Shown: positions 1 to 9,931 of the stretch, piece by piece | Layout of the letters: each line of letters begins with the position of its first letter | Numbering within the stretch: the first letter of the stretch is position 1 | NCBI GenBank assembly: GCA_964590575.1 | Contig: CAZPWM010000006.1 | Location: 1 to 61,986, forward strand | Reading direction: 5' to 3' | DNA from: an uncultured archaeon | Lineage (GTDB): Archaea > Asgardarchaeota > Thorarchaeia > Thorarchaeales > Thorarchaeaceae | Length of the DNA stretch: 61,986 nt | Program-made: the position numbers and the translations under genes | The notes under the pieces: generated by a model | Told to the model about the DNA's origin: nothing | The model's database searches: none | Seen by the model: only the letters and a program-made list of their open reading frames with translations

Positions 1-9
1 ACTCTTTCA

Positions 10-119
10 GGGGCGGTAGTCTAGCCCGGCTATGATGTCTCGCTTACACCGAGAACTGTATTGAGTTTCATACTCAATGCGTTCGAGGGTCGCTGGTTCA
101 AATCCGGCCCGCCCCACCA
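10..119 (+). tRNA. tRNA-Val(TAC) with ~33-nt non-canonical intron 3' of the anticodon arm
   Basis: GGGGCGG/CCGCCCC acceptor, TCTCG-CTTACAC-CGAGA anticodon arm, GCTGG-TTCAAAT-CCGGC T arm, ACCA end; hairpin insert GTATTGAG/CTCAATGC before the variable loop. Confidence 0.9.
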
Positions 120-234
120 CTTTTTACAGATGGTTGCTTCCACACCAAAGAGTTGAAGTGTCAGTATGCCGCAAAGTAGCAACGCGGTGAGCTCCTCCAG
201 AAAAAGTAGATTATCGCTTGCCTGACTGAGCACA

Positions 235-384
235 GCGGGAGTAGCCAAGCCCGGTCAAAGGCGGCGGACTTAAGATCGTAACAAACTAGGGGGTCACGAT
301 AAGTTATCCGCTCTCGTAGGAGTTCGTGGGTTCGAAAGAGTTCAGAGATGCTCTCTGACTCCGGACACCCCACCTCCCGCACCA
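235..384 (+). tRNA. tRNA-Leu(TAA) with two introns (37/38 at ~275-305 and T-loop 59/60 at ~337-367)
   Basis: GCGGGAG/CTCCCGC acceptor, long variable arm, bulge-helix-bulge motifs CTTA/TAAG and TTCG/CGGA. Confidence 0.92.
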
Positions 385-390
385 CATGTT

Positions 391-1005
391 TTGACACATA
401 TCTCAACTTCTAAAACCAATCTGAAAATGAGGACAATTATAATGCCTATTCAGACCCTACTCACTTCAGCAGGACTAGTCTTCCTGATGGAACTAGGTGA
501 CAAGACAATGCTCACTACAATATGTCTTAGTGCTCAATATCGACGACCTGGACTAGTTCTTATCGCTACAATACTTGCCTTGGCTACTGCATCGGTTATC
601 GCCGTGATCGTGGGCTATATCCTCTCTACTACACTTTCTCTCAATATCATAACCTATGTATCAGGAATTCTGTTTGTTGGCATAGGAATCTATACACTAG
701 CAACAGCTAATTCTGATGTGCCTGATACATGTGATAATCCTGGCACATTGTTTGGTATGTTTTCACTTGTCCTATTATCAGAACTCGGCGATAAAAGCCA
801 GATTGCAATTCTAGCACTGGCGGCTCAATCCACATTTGCAATTTTAGTACTCATAGGATCCATCATAGGATTCCTCATTGTGAATTCACTTGGTGCACTG
901 GCCGGAAACCGTGTAGCAACCAGGATTCCACTCAAAACTGTGAAGAGAGTTGTTGGGTTAGTTTTCACACTATTTGGCGCGTTCATAGTTTTAGGCATTC
1001 TTTAA
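391..1005 (+). CDS. TMEM165/GDT1 (UPF0016) family Ca2+/Mn2+ transporter
   Basis: Two ELGDK(T/S) motifs, hydrophobic helices; true start probably an internal Met. Confidence 0.9.
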   Translation: MTHISTSKTNLKMRTIIMPIQTLLTSAGLVFLMELGDKTMLTTICLSAQYRRPGLVLIATILALATASVIAVIVGYILSTTLSLNIITYVSGILFVGIGIYTLATANSDVPDTCDNPGTLFGMFSLVLLSELGDKSQIAILALAAQSTFAILVLIGSIIGFLIVNSLGALAGNRVATRIPLKTVKRVVGLVFTLFGAFIVLGIL

Positions 1006-1017
1006 ACATCACGATTT

Positions 1018-2433
1018 ATGATGACGAAGCCTTTTATGAGTCATCTGACTTCATTGAGTTCGAACTCGAAGGTGAGGATACTATTGAGTCTTGATAATTC
1101 GGGTTATAGTGGTCTGGTTCTAGAGAAGCTCTCCAGTTCCAATATCAAAGTTGGAGATACTTTTAGTATCAAGAAGGATGGAGAAGAATATGTGGGAGTG
1201 CTAATGCCTCGTAGTCAAGTTGGCAGTGATCAATTTCATGTCATTATCAAGCTTGAAAGTGGCTACAATATAGGCATAAAGTTAGACCAAGAATCTGAGG
1301 TAAACAGAATCAAGGCTGGAAAGAAGACACGAGTAGTGTCAGTCGAAAAGGAACCCGATATCAAGGGTCTATCTACAGCTTCAATTCTAAGCACAGGTGG
1401 CACCATTGCTAGCAAAGTGGACTATCGTTCAGGTGCTGTTAACCCTGCCCTGTCAGCCCAGGATCTCTATGATACTGTTCCAGAACTTCGGAATTACGCT
1501 AAAGTTAATGCAAAAGTCATTATGAGTGTCTTGTCAGAAAATATTCTACCTTCGGATTGGACCAAAATAGCTCGTAGTGTATCTTCTGAGATAAAAGATG
1601 GAACTGATGGAGTTGTAATCGCACACGGAACTGACACACTTGGATTTACTTCCGCAGCATTATCCTTTGCCCTCCAAAACCTTCCGGTTCCCGTAGTCCT
1701 AGTTGGATCACAGAGATCTTCAGACCGTCCATCCTCCGATGCCGCGATGAATCTGATTGGTGCGATTAATTTAGCTACAAGAGCTGATGCTGCCGAAGTT
1801 TTTGTTTTGATGCATGCAGAAATTGGGGATAGTTATCTTCATGCGCATCGAGGAACACGTGCCCGAAAGCTACATTCAAGCCGCCGTGATGCTTTCCAAT
1901 CAGTCAATGATTATCCAATATTCAGTGTGACTGGAGAAGATATCAAAGAGTTGCGAGCTCCACTATTACGAAGAAATGCAGAACGAAAACTTGCTCTAAA
2001 ACCCAAATTCGAAGAGAAGGTGGCTCTTGTGAAGACAAATCCGGGGATTGAAGCGTTAACAATCGACCATTTAGTAGAAACGGGCTACAAGGGAATTATG
2101 ATTGAAGGCACTGGTCTAGGACATGCCCCCGATAGACTTCAACCATCAATCAAAAAGGCCATCGATGCAGGAATTGTTGTTGCTATGTCAACTCAGTGTT
2201 TGTTTGGACGTGTAAATATGAATGTCTATCGTTCAGGAGTCGAGCTTCTTGACATCGGAGTCATTCCATGTGAGGATATGATACCCGAAACAGCTCTGGT
2301 CAAACTCATGTGGGTATTAGCCAATACCAAAGATGAAGAAGCAGCCAAAGAACTTCTATCAAAACCTCTTGCAGGCGAGATTGACATGCGCAGTGAGGAA
2401 TCTGAGTATGTTTCTAGCCTTGGAGGGGACTGA
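1018..2433 (+). CDS. gatD: Glu-tRNA(Gln) amidotransferase subunit D
   Basis: STGGTIASKVDYRSG, HGTDT and SQRSSDRPSSD asparaginase-like motifs; adjacent to gatE. Confidence 0.97.
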   Translation: MMTKPFMSHLTSLSSNSKVRILLSLDNSGYSGLVLEKLSSSNIKVGDTFSIKKDGEEYVGVLMPRSQVGSDQFHVIIKLESGYNIGIKLDQESEVNRIKAGKKTRVVSVEKEPDIKGLSTASILSTGGTIASKVDYRSGAVNPALSAQDLYDTVPELRNYAKVNAKVIMSVLSENILPSDWTKIARSVSSEIKDGTDGVVIAHGTDTLGFTSAALSFALQNLPVPVVLVGSQRSSDRPSSDAAMNLIGAINLATRADAAEVFVLMHAEIGDSYLHAHRGTRARKLHSSRRDAFQSVNDYPIFSVTGEDIKELRAPLLRRNAERKLALKPKFEEKVALVKTNPGIEALTIDHLVETGYKGIMIEGTGLGHAPDRLQPSIKKAIDAGIVVAMSTQCLFGRVNMNVYRSGVELLDIGVIPCEDMIPETALVKLMWVLANTKDEEAAKELLSKPLAGEIDMRSEESEYVSSLGGD

Positions 2434-2434
2434 A

Positions 2435-4351
2435 TTGACTGAGAACGATAGGTACAGAAAACTTGGTCTAATGGTTGGACTTGAATTGCACCAACAATTG
2501 AACACTCAGCGAAAGTTATTCTGTCATTGTCCAACAGTCATTCGTGATGAGGACCCAGACGGGAGTTTCGTCAGGAGACTACGTCCAACTCAGAGTGAGA
2601 TGGGCGAAATTGATCCTGCTGCCCTTTTCGAATTTCAAAGAAAGAAACGATTTTGTTACGAGTATTACAATTCCACCACATGTTTAGTTGAAGCTGATGA
2701 GGAGCCTCCCCATGACCTCTGTGAAGAAGCCATCGATATCTGCTTGACAATGGCTGAATTTCTCAAATCGAAACCTGTTGATGAAATACATCCAATGCGG
2801 AAAATTGTGATTGATGGTTCAAATACGACTGGTTTTCAACGTACAACAATCATTGCTAATGGTGGGCATGTGGTTGTAGGGGAGAAGACAATCGGAATTC
2901 AGACCATCTGTCTTGAGGAAGACGCTGCAAGAAAGATTGCTGACGATGACAAAAACAACATGAGAATATACAGACTCGACCGTCTTGGTATCCCCCTGAT
3001 TGAAATTGCCACCGATCCTGATATACGAACTCCTGAGGAAGCTCAAGAAGTAGCTCTTGCCATAGGAACTCTCCTGAGATCAACAGGAAACGTCAAACGA
3101 GGTCTCGGAACGATTCGTCAAGATGTTAATGTATCAATCAAAGGTGGAGCTATAATAGAAATTAAAGGATTTCAACAGCTTGACATGCTATCAACACTTG
3201 TTGAGTTTGAAGCTCAGCGACAAGAGAAACTGCTTGAAATTAGGGATTCTCTAAGGACTCGCGGAATTTCTCCAAAGGATATCAAGCCAAAATTGGTTGA
3301 TATCACCAACATTTTTGCAGAAAGCGAATCAAAAGTCATTAAAAATGCAGTTAAATCCGATGGAGTTGTATTTGCTGTAAGACTCTCTGGTTTTGCAAAT
3401 CTCATTGGTACTGAAATTCAACCAAATCGTCGACTTGGAACTGAACTATCTGACTATGCCAAATTCTGGGGTGGCGTTGGAGGAATTTTTCACACAGATG
3501 AATTGCCCAAATACGGAATTACGGACACAGATATTTCAAAGTTCAGGAAAGTAGTCAATGCTGATGAACAAGATGCAGTTGTACTTGTTGCTTCTTCGAA
3601 AGAAAATTGTAAAGATGCACTAGAAGCTGTAGTAGATAGAGCTAGAGTAGCTGTTGAAGGAATCCCTGCAGAAACCAGAACACCACTTCCGGATGGTACA
3701 TCAAAATACACACGACCTAGGCCTGGCTCATCTCGCATGTATCCAGAAACTGATGTGAGACCGGTCAAAATCACCGAATCACGTCTGAAGAGAATCAAGA
3801 AGAATATGCCTGAAACCCTTGAGAATCGGGAGAAACGATTCATCAAAGAACATGAACTAAGCCCTGATCTTGCTTTCCAAATCACACGCTCTCCAAATCT
3901 TGACCTCTTTGAACGGATAGTAAAGGAAACTAAGGTTTCCCCAACATCAGTTGCTACAACTCTAGAAAACACAGTGGTCAGTCTTCATAGAGACCAAGTT
4001 CCTACTGAGAATCTTGACGACCGCCATTTTCTTGAGATGTTCAATTCAATTGCCAAAAAAGTGATAGCATCCGAAGCTATTCCTGCGATTCTGACATATT
4101 TCTCTAACCAGCCAAAATCAAGTATTGAAATGGCTATAGAATCGACTGGTTCAGGAATGGCAACCAGTGTCGAGGTTGAAGATATCATCAAAAAGATAGT
4201 AGCAGAACGAAAAGACTTCATTCGTGAACAAGGAGAACGATCAGTAGGCGGACTCATGGGGATAGCCATGAAGGAGCTAAGTGGCAAGGCTGATGGTAAG
4301 ACAGTCAAGGACATTCTCATAAAAGAGGTTCATAAAATTCTCAATTCATAA
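2435..4351 (+). CDS. gatE: Glu-tRNA(Gln) amidotransferase subunit E
   Basis: GLELHQQL, RKIVIDGSNTTGFQRT, RMYPETD motifs; TTG start after GGAGG. Confidence 0.97.
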   Translation: MTENDRYRKLGLMVGLELHQQLNTQRKLFCHCPTVIRDEDPDGSFVRRLRPTQSEMGEIDPAALFEFQRKKRFCYEYYNSTTCLVEADEEPPHDLCEEAIDICLTMAEFLKSKPVDEIHPMRKIVIDGSNTTGFQRTTIIANGGHVVVGEKTIGIQTICLEEDAARKIADDDKNNMRIYRLDRLGIPLIEIATDPDIRTPEEAQEVALAIGTLLRSTGNVKRGLGTIRQDVNVSIKGGAIIEIKGFQQLDMLSTLVEFEAQRQEKLLEIRDSLRTRGISPKDIKPKLVDITNIFAESESKVIKNAVKSDGVVFAVRLSGFANLIGTEIQPNRRLGTELSDYAKFWGGVGGIFHTDELPKYGITDTDISKFRKVVNADEQDAVVLVASSKENCKDALEAVVDRARVAVEGIPAETRTPLPDGTSKYTRPRPGSSRMYPETDVRPVKITESRLKRIKKNMPETLENREKRFIKEHELSPDLAFQITRSPNLDLFERIVKETKVSPTSVATTLENTVVSLHRDQVPTENLDDRHFLEMFNSIAKKVIASEAIPAILTYFSNQPKSSIEMAIESTGSGMATSVEVEDIIKKIVAERKDFIREQGERSVGGLMGIAMKELSGKADGKTVKDILIKEVHKILNS

Positions 4352-4452
4352 TTGTCTACAGAAAACGGTGAGCATGAGGTAATCCAATAATAAGGTTAAT
4401 TAGAGGTAGCCAGTGTGCTCGTTTGCCAGACTTCGATTGTGAGAATAAGTGT

Positions 4453-4623
4453 GCCGCAGTGGCCTAGCCTGGTTAGGGCGCGAGACTCATAATCTGACTG
4501 GAATTCCCAGTTAAAATTACGGGGTCATAATCTCGGCCCGACCTCTGATGAGGCATCTCGAAGTCGGGGGCTCGAAACTTCATCACACATCGTGGTGTAG
4601 CGAAGATCCCCTCTGCGGCACCA
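4453..4623 (+). tRNA. tRNA-Met(CAT), likely elongator, with 63-nt canonical intron (~4492-4554) and ~30-nt T-loop intron
   Basis: GCCGCAG/CTGCGGC acceptor, CGAGA/TCTCG anticodon stem, BHB CTCA/TGAG, ACCA end. Confidence 0.88.
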
Positions 4624-4682
4624 CTATCACCATTCGATTTTTGCCATGACGGGGTTATTAGGAATAATCTATACTTAACACC

Positions 4683-4895
4683 ATGAAGAAAGAAAAGTGG
4701 AAATTAGTAGGTGGTCGCGTCTATAGATTAGCAGACGTTTTCGATAACATATTTGATGCGACACAAAAAGCAAGAGAATTGAAAGAGAACAACCGAGTGT
4801 TTCTGTCAAAGATAGACACGAATCGATGGGCAATTTACTATAGACCAAAAGATCTCACTGTTGAATGCGCTCCCAAGTACTTCAATGTAGTATAG
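4683..4895 (+). CDS. Small hypothetical protein, paralog of 8949-9173
   Basis: Shares WxLVxGxVYRLxDV...RWAxYxxPK with the ORF at 8949. Confidence 0.75.
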   Translation: MKKEKWKLVGGRVYRLADVFDNIFDATQKARELKENNRVFLSKIDTNRWAIYYRPKDLTVECAPKYFNVV

Positions 4896-4953
4896 GCATT
4901 TTTACTCACCAATCTCTATTGGTGCTTAATAGAGAACATCAACACATAGAACC

Positions 4954-5265
4954 ATGACAATCGACCCGCTTTCTATAGAAGATGATACTGATAACAGACG
5001 AATCAGAGTGGAATCCTTGGGTAGAATTGTCAAACAGATTCAATGCCCACATTTTGAGAAACTTATTCGCGAGTCAATCAGTTCAGGCGTTGTCGACATC
5101 ACAGATTGGACAATTGAGGCTGTGAGGGTATTACTCAAAGTCTGTGCAGAAGAAAATCTCAAGGTCACTCTGAAAGATGGTACAAGATACTTCATGCCTG
5201 TCAAATATCCAAAAGGTCAGATGTTAGACTCACTCGCTAATGCTATAGTGTCTGGTGAATGGTAA
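4954..5265 (+). CDS. Hypothetical protein
   Basis: 103-aa ORF filling the gap between co-oriented genes. Confidence 0.7.
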   Translation: MTIDPLSIEDDTDNRRIRVESLGRIVKQIQCPHFEKLIRESISSGVVDITDWTIEAVRVLLKVCAEENLKVTLKDGTRYFMPVKYPKGQMLDSLANAIVSGEW

Positions 5266-5334
5266 GATAACCATGAACAAGAATTGACAATCTCTTTATT
5301 GCCATCTAGTTCTAAACAGGACAGGTGGTTGTTA

Positions 5335-6546
5335 ATGAAGTTCGCCTTCAAAACTCTTGATGATATTGACTATGTTGGAAAACGTATTCTGCTACGTGTT
5401 GACATGAATTGTTCTGTAGATCCTGAAACTAAACAGATTACTGATATTTCACGAATTGAAGCTATCCAAGAAACTTTGAAAGAATTGTCCAGAAGCAAGG
5501 TTGTTCTAATGGCTCATCAAGGAAGCCCCGGAAGTGACGATTTCATCTCACTTGAACAACACACTAAGGTTCTGAAGAATTTAGGATTCAACGCAAGTTT
5601 TGTCGATGATATTTTTGGAGAGAAAGCAAAGAAAGCCATATCCCAGTTGAAGGATGGCGAAATCTTAGTCCTTCAAAATGTTCGATACTTTGAGGGAGAA
5701 CTAAAGAAAGCCCCACCTCAGGAAGTCGCTCAAGAGCAAATTGTACAAGAACTATACCCGCTATTCGACTTCTTTGTGAATGATGCATTTGGTGCTGCAC
5801 ATCGATCTCAAGCCTCTATTGTAGGTTTTACAACAGTCCTTCCCTCCGTTGCAGGACGACTTGTGGAGAAAGAGATTAGTACACTTACAGCCGTCACAGC
5901 TACAGACCAACATCCATGGACCCTAGTCCTTGGTGGGAGTAAAGTTGAGGATAAAGTGGCAACACTCGATAAACTGTTAGCAACAAATAGAGTTGATAAT
6001 GCAATCCTAGGAGGGCTGGTAGGCACCCTTTTCCTGATAGCCAACGGAAAAGTATCAGAAACCTACTCGAAACCAATCAAGGGATATGAATCTGCAATTG
6101 AAACTGCAAGAAACCTCCTATCAAAGTATCCTGATAAAATCATACTCCCTGAAGATGCTGCAGTAGAGTGTGAAGATGAGAGACTCAATTGTACCTTTAA
6201 TGAAATGGGAAATCTGCCTTTCCTAGACATTGGACCAAGAACAATCGACAAGTATGTAAAAATCATCAAAGAATCAGCTGTCGTCTTTGCGAATGGACCA
6301 ATGGGATATTTTGAAAAAGACACTTTTGCTGAAGGTACTTCAAAAGTGCTCTCAGCGATTGCTGAATGTAAAGGAATCACTGTGGTCGGCGGTGGACACA
6401 TGGGCGCGATGGCAAAGAAAATGTCACTTGATGACAAAATTACACACATCAGCACAGGTGGAGGTGCCACAATCAATTTCTTGATAGGAAAGAAACTAGA
6501 TCTTGTGGTTGCCTTGGAAGCTGCTGCAAAGAGGATGGATGAATAA
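5335..6546 (+). CDS. pgk: Phosphoglycerate kinase
   Basis: RVDMN, NDAFGAAHRSQAS, NGPMGYFE, HISTGGGA motifs. Confidence 0.97.
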   Translation: MKFAFKTLDDIDYVGKRILLRVDMNCSVDPETKQITDISRIEAIQETLKELSRSKVVLMAHQGSPGSDDFISLEQHTKVLKNLGFNASFVDDIFGEKAKKAISQLKDGEILVLQNVRYFEGELKKAPPQEVAQEQIVQELYPLFDFFVNDAFGAAHRSQASIVGFTTVLPSVAGRLVEKEISTLTAVTATDQHPWTLVLGGSKVEDKVATLDKLLATNRVDNAILGGLVGTLFLIANGKVSETYSKPIKGYESAIETARNLLSKYPDKIILPEDAAVECEDERLNCTFNEMGNLPFLDIGPRTIDKYVKIIKESAVVFANGPMGYFEKDTFAEGTSKVLSAIAECKGITVVGGGHMGAMAKKMSLDDKITHISTGGGATINFLIGKKLDLVVALEAAAKRMDE

Positions 6547-6882
6547 ATGCAACTTCTTCAAGACATCATTATCTGGCTAAGTATACCACCGACCGTATGG
6601 GTTTTTGCCACATATCTTGTCTTAATCAATGTAATAGCTATCGGCATAATGTGGTGGGACAAAAGAAGCGCCAGAAATGACGGATGGCGAGTCAGCGAAA
6701 CGACTCTGTTAATCTTTGGTTTTATTGGTGGTGCAGTAGGTTTGATTGTTGGGATGTTCAGTTTTCGCCACAAAACAAGAAAGAGACTATTTCAACTAAT
6801 CATTGTCCTAGGACTGATTGTATCACTCTTTCACTACTGGCTTGAAATACAAGCAATATATTGGCATCTATATCTTGTGTAA
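6547..6882 (+). CDS. DUF1294 family membrane protein
   Basis: DKxxA...WRVSExTL...GG...FRHKT signature. Confidence 0.88.
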   Translation: MQLLQDIIIWLSIPPTVWVFATYLVLINVIAIGIMWWDKRSARNDGWRVSETTLLIFGFIGGAVGLIVGMFSFRHKTRKRLFQLIIVLGLIVSLFHYWLEIQAIYWHLYLV

Positions 6883-6907
6883 TACAACATCTATAGATAG
6901 AAGAAGT

Positions 6908-7014
6908 TGGAGCCCCAGGCGCGAATTGAACGCGCGACCTGCTGATTACAAGTCAGCCGCTTTAGCTGCATCTCAGAAGAAACAGAGATACTATAGCCTC
7001 TAAGCCACTGGGGC
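6908..7014 (-). tRNA. tRNA-Thr(TGT) with ~31-nt D-arm intron
   Basis: Reverse complement GCCCCAG...GCTGA-CTTGTAA-TCAGC...CTGGGGCTCCA; hairpin insert in D region. Confidence 0.9.
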
Positions 7015-7065
7015 ACGACCTGCTGGTCATCCTGAATGTATTATAGAGTTTTCGCAGCAGTAGAC

Positions 7066-7608
7066 CTACTTGTCATGATACACATTATCTATGATTATTG
7101 CATATGCAAGTAACATCATTCTAGGTGCCATTGGGTCTACAATATGAATAACATATCTATCCTTGAAATTAAACATTGGTGCGAAAATATCTCTCCACTT
7201 GTCGCTTTTCCTGATCTCAGCATAGACTCTATTCTTGTCATGAACATCTGTAATTGTGAAGTTCCACTTCATGACGCCACCTTGAGCCTTGTAAATCATT
7301 TTGTCTTCAGGATCATACATATCTACAGAGCCTCTGAAGGCAATCATAGGTCTCTTTCCTCTACCAATCAGTTCACCTGTTGGTGCCTTGACATCATAAA
7401 TTGGCCGTGCACTCACTAATTTCTTATTGATGATACATACAATCGAATCATCAGGATTTCTCAGTTCGATTTCAGCACGCATCGAAATAAGTTTCCTTTT
7501 CATCGATCCTATCTTCTCACCCTCCGGATTGAAGATATCACCACCACCGAACTTCCACGCTTTTTCATGCATCACATAATACTCAATTGATGGGTCAAAA
7601 AGGTCCAT
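7066..7608 (-). CDS. LURP-one/Tubby-C/scramblase-like beta-barrel protein
   Basis: Repeated beta-hairpin units, C-terminal 'DRYVIHI...LLAYAIIID' helix. Confidence 0.8.
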   Translation of the reverse strand: MDLFDPSIEYYVMHEKAWKFGGGDIFNPEGEKIGSMKRKLISMRAEIELRNPDDSIVCIINKKLVSARPIYDVKAPTGELIGRGKRPMIAFRGSVDMYDPEDKMIYKAQGGVMKWNFTITDVHDKNRVYAEIRKSDKWRDIFAPMFNFKDRYVIHIVDPMAPRMMLLAYAIIIDNVYHDK

Positions 7609-7906
7609 ACTACATCACCTTGAACTTATTCTAGTCACTTAGAAAACAATTAAGAGAAACTGGTTTGGACTCATATCAAGAAAAAGATGAAATTCGGCCT
7701 GTTGAAGATTAAATATGGTTCGATTTTTCGTCAGTCAAAGACATGTTTATGAGCCCCCGTGCCTTGATACCTGATAAGGACCGTATCTTTAAGACATGAA
7801 TCCTTATCACACGTGTGTCTTACAAACCCTAATCCTTACGGGAAAAGTAAATTAGCACACAAAATTGCCTAGGAATGCATACGACAAATACCAGTAGGTG
7901 AAATAA

Positions 7907-8866
7907 TTGCAAACTCCCTATTCAGAATTCGCACAATCCATAGTTAATCTATTCATACCAATATCCGACTTTTTCCAATCCATCGGTATTCCATTTGGTC
8001 CAATGGCATGGATGTTTATTATTACTGTAACCTCATTACTCCTAATCATTGTCCTACTGGTTGTTCGTGGACGACGTGTTTCTGGAAGCGCTGGCGTAGA
8101 TGAAGGAATAAGGAAAATCATCGCATCAACTGGTGATGTATCGAGTGGTCTAGCAAGTGCTAAGAAACTCAAGTTTCTAAAGACACCGGCACAAGCACTT
8201 GTATTTCTCAAAGTCGAGGAAAATGCAATCCAACAAGCATTGTCTGCCATTGATTACTATAACCAACAAGGTGACATTGATGAAGCCATAAAGGACAAGC
8301 TTGTCACAGTATATCAAGACCGTTTAGCATCAGTTAGAGTAGCTCTTGCTAAGGATGAAGAACTCAAGGAAATTGTAGATACATCTTCTGCTGTCGACAG
8401 AGCACGATCTGACTATCTTGCCAAACTTGCTGCGATGTCTGGAACTACTGTCGAATCTGATTCAGGAGAAGCTGGACCTACCAGCGTCGGAATGCCTGAA
8501 GCAGCAAGTGCTGAGCCTCCAAGTGGCGGACCTCCTAGTGGAGGAGCCCCAAGTGCTGGGCCTCCAAGTGGTGGACCTCCTAGTGGAGGAGCCCCAAGTG
8601 CTGGGCCTCCAAGTGGTGGACCTCCCGGTGGAGCTCCAACTAGTGGACCTCCAAGTGGTGGACCTCTCGGTGGTACAACAGCGACTGAAATATCTCCAAG
8701 TGCTGGGCCTCCAAGTGGCGGACCTCCCGGTGGAGCTCCAAGTAGTGGTCCTCCAGGTGGCGCAGCAATAGGCGAAACTCCCAAACCTGTCGGCGGGAAG
8801 AGTTCCTTACAGTCAGAAATGCTTGCAGAAATGGAGCGTTTGAAAGCTCTGATGGGCGGCGACTAA
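7907..8866 (+). CDS. Membrane-anchored protein with Pro/Gly-rich repeat and C-terminal amphipathic helix
   Basis: N-terminal TM helix, helical domain, (GPPSG/GAPSA)n tract. Confidence 0.85.
   Translation: MQTPYSEFAQSIVNLFIPISDFFQSIGIPFGPMAWMFIITVTSLLLIIVLLVVRGRRVSGSAGVDEGIRKIIASTGDVSSGLASAKKLKFLKTPAQALVFLKVEENAIQQALSAIDYYNQQGDIDEAIKDKLVTVYQDRLASVRVALAKDEELKEIVDTSSAVDRARSDYLAKLAAMSGTTVESDSGEAGPTSVGMPEAASAEPPSGGPPSGGAPSAGPPSGGPPSGGAPSAGPPSGGPPGGAPTSGPPSGGPLGGTTATEISPSAGPPSGGPPGGAPSSGPPGGAAIGETPKPVGGKSSLQSEMLAEMERLKALMGGD
8517..8760 (+). repeat. Coding tandem repeat (15-bp units encoding PPSGG/APSAG)
   Basis: Repeated CCTCCAAGTGG(C/T)GGA-type units in frame. Confidence 0.9.
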
Positions 8867-8948
8867 GTCTTAGACACAGTCAATATTGACATTATTTTGC
8901 ACTTGTAAGTGAAAATATTGGTCATATTCTCCAATCTATCATTATAAA

Positions 8949-9173
8949 GTGGAGTTAAGACATCATAATATGATGAAGCCTTCAAGATGGCAATTAGTAG
9001 ACGGCCAAGTATATCGTCTAGTAGACGTACTTCATAGTAAAAGAAATGCTAAGATTCTCGCGAAATCTCTCGAGGATAATTGCGCCGTTGCAATCATATC
9101 CATCGAAGATGATAGATGGGCTGTCTATTGGAAACCCAAGACTGGAACATTGTGTCCATACGGAGTAGTCTGA
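8949..9173 (+). CDS. Small hypothetical protein, paralog of 4683-4895
   Basis: WQLVDGQVYRLVDV...RWAVYWKPK...CP. Confidence 0.75.
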   Translation: MELRHHNMMKPSRWQLVDGQVYRLVDVLHSKRNAKILAKSLEDNCAVAIISIEDDRWAVYWKPKTGTLCPYGVV

Positions 9174-9245
9174 TTTCTTTCTCTCTCGGAAGGCTTTTGG
9201 GAAGCTTAGTATACTAGTCATCCACGCACCAGTGGAGATTGTAAT

Positions 9246-9929
9246 ATGTCACGAGTAAAGCTGAATGCAGCTAAGAGCGCTTTAGAGAAGATACCCAAGA
9301 GTGGCCCAATCGGTCTTGGAAGTGGATCTACAGTAGCTATTTTTGCAAAAGAGCTTGGAAAACGAATCTCAGAGGGTGTAAATGATATCTGTGTAGTTCC
9401 CAGTTCATATCAAGCATACCAACTTGCAATAGAATATGGCATTCCCTTAACTAATCTTGATATCAACCCAGAATTAATTCTTACAGTTGATGGTGCAGAC
9501 GAGGTTGACAAACATCTCAATCTGACTAAAGGTGGCGGAGGAGCTCTTTTCCAAGAGAAGGTTGTGGCTTCAGCCTCTAAAAAGCTGATAATAATCGTGG
9601 ATGAATCCAAACTTGTGGAAAAACTTGCATCCAGATTTCTGATTCCAATAGAGATACTTCCATTCTCCTTAGGTGTAGTGCGAAGAAAAATCGCAAGTAT
9701 GGGGATAGAGCCCATTGTACGACAGGCAGAGAAGAAGATGGGGCCTGTTGTGACAGATAATGGAAACTTCATCATAGACCTCAAGTTTTCTAAACCACTT
9801 GAAAACCCTGCGAAAGTCGCGACTGACTTGAAGATGATTTCAGGTGTTGTTGAAACTGGTCTTTTCATTGGAATGACCGATGAAGTACATGTGGGCAAAG
9901 AGGATGGAGTCCTTATTCTGAAGAAGTAG
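9246..9929 (+). CDS. rpiA: Ribose-5-phosphate isomerase A
   Basis: GLGSGST, DGADEVD, KGGGGALFQEK, VVTDNGN. Confidence 0.97.
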   Translation: MSRVKLNAAKSALEKIPKSGPIGLGSGSTVAIFAKELGKRISEGVNDICVVPSSYQAYQLAIEYGIPLTNLDINPELILTVDGADEVDKHLNLTKGGGGALFQEKVVASASKKLIIIVDESKLVEKLASRFLIPIEILPFSLGVVRRKIASMGIEPIVRQAEKKMGPVVTDNGNFIIDLKFSKPLENPAKVATDLKMISGVVETGLFIGMTDEVHVGKEDGVLILKK

Positions 9930-9931
9930 TT

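Noticed and set aside
180-234. Possible C/D-box sRNA between tRNA-Val and tRNA-Leu (CTGACTGA)
   Set aside because: No convincing RTGATGA C box.
30-406. Minus-strand ORFs 30-248 and 161-406
   Set aside because: Antisense to tRNA-Val and tRNA-Leu; no protein motifs.
8517-8760. GC-rich repeats as a CRISPR array or non-coding satellite
   Set aside because: In-frame 15-bp coding units without unique spacers.
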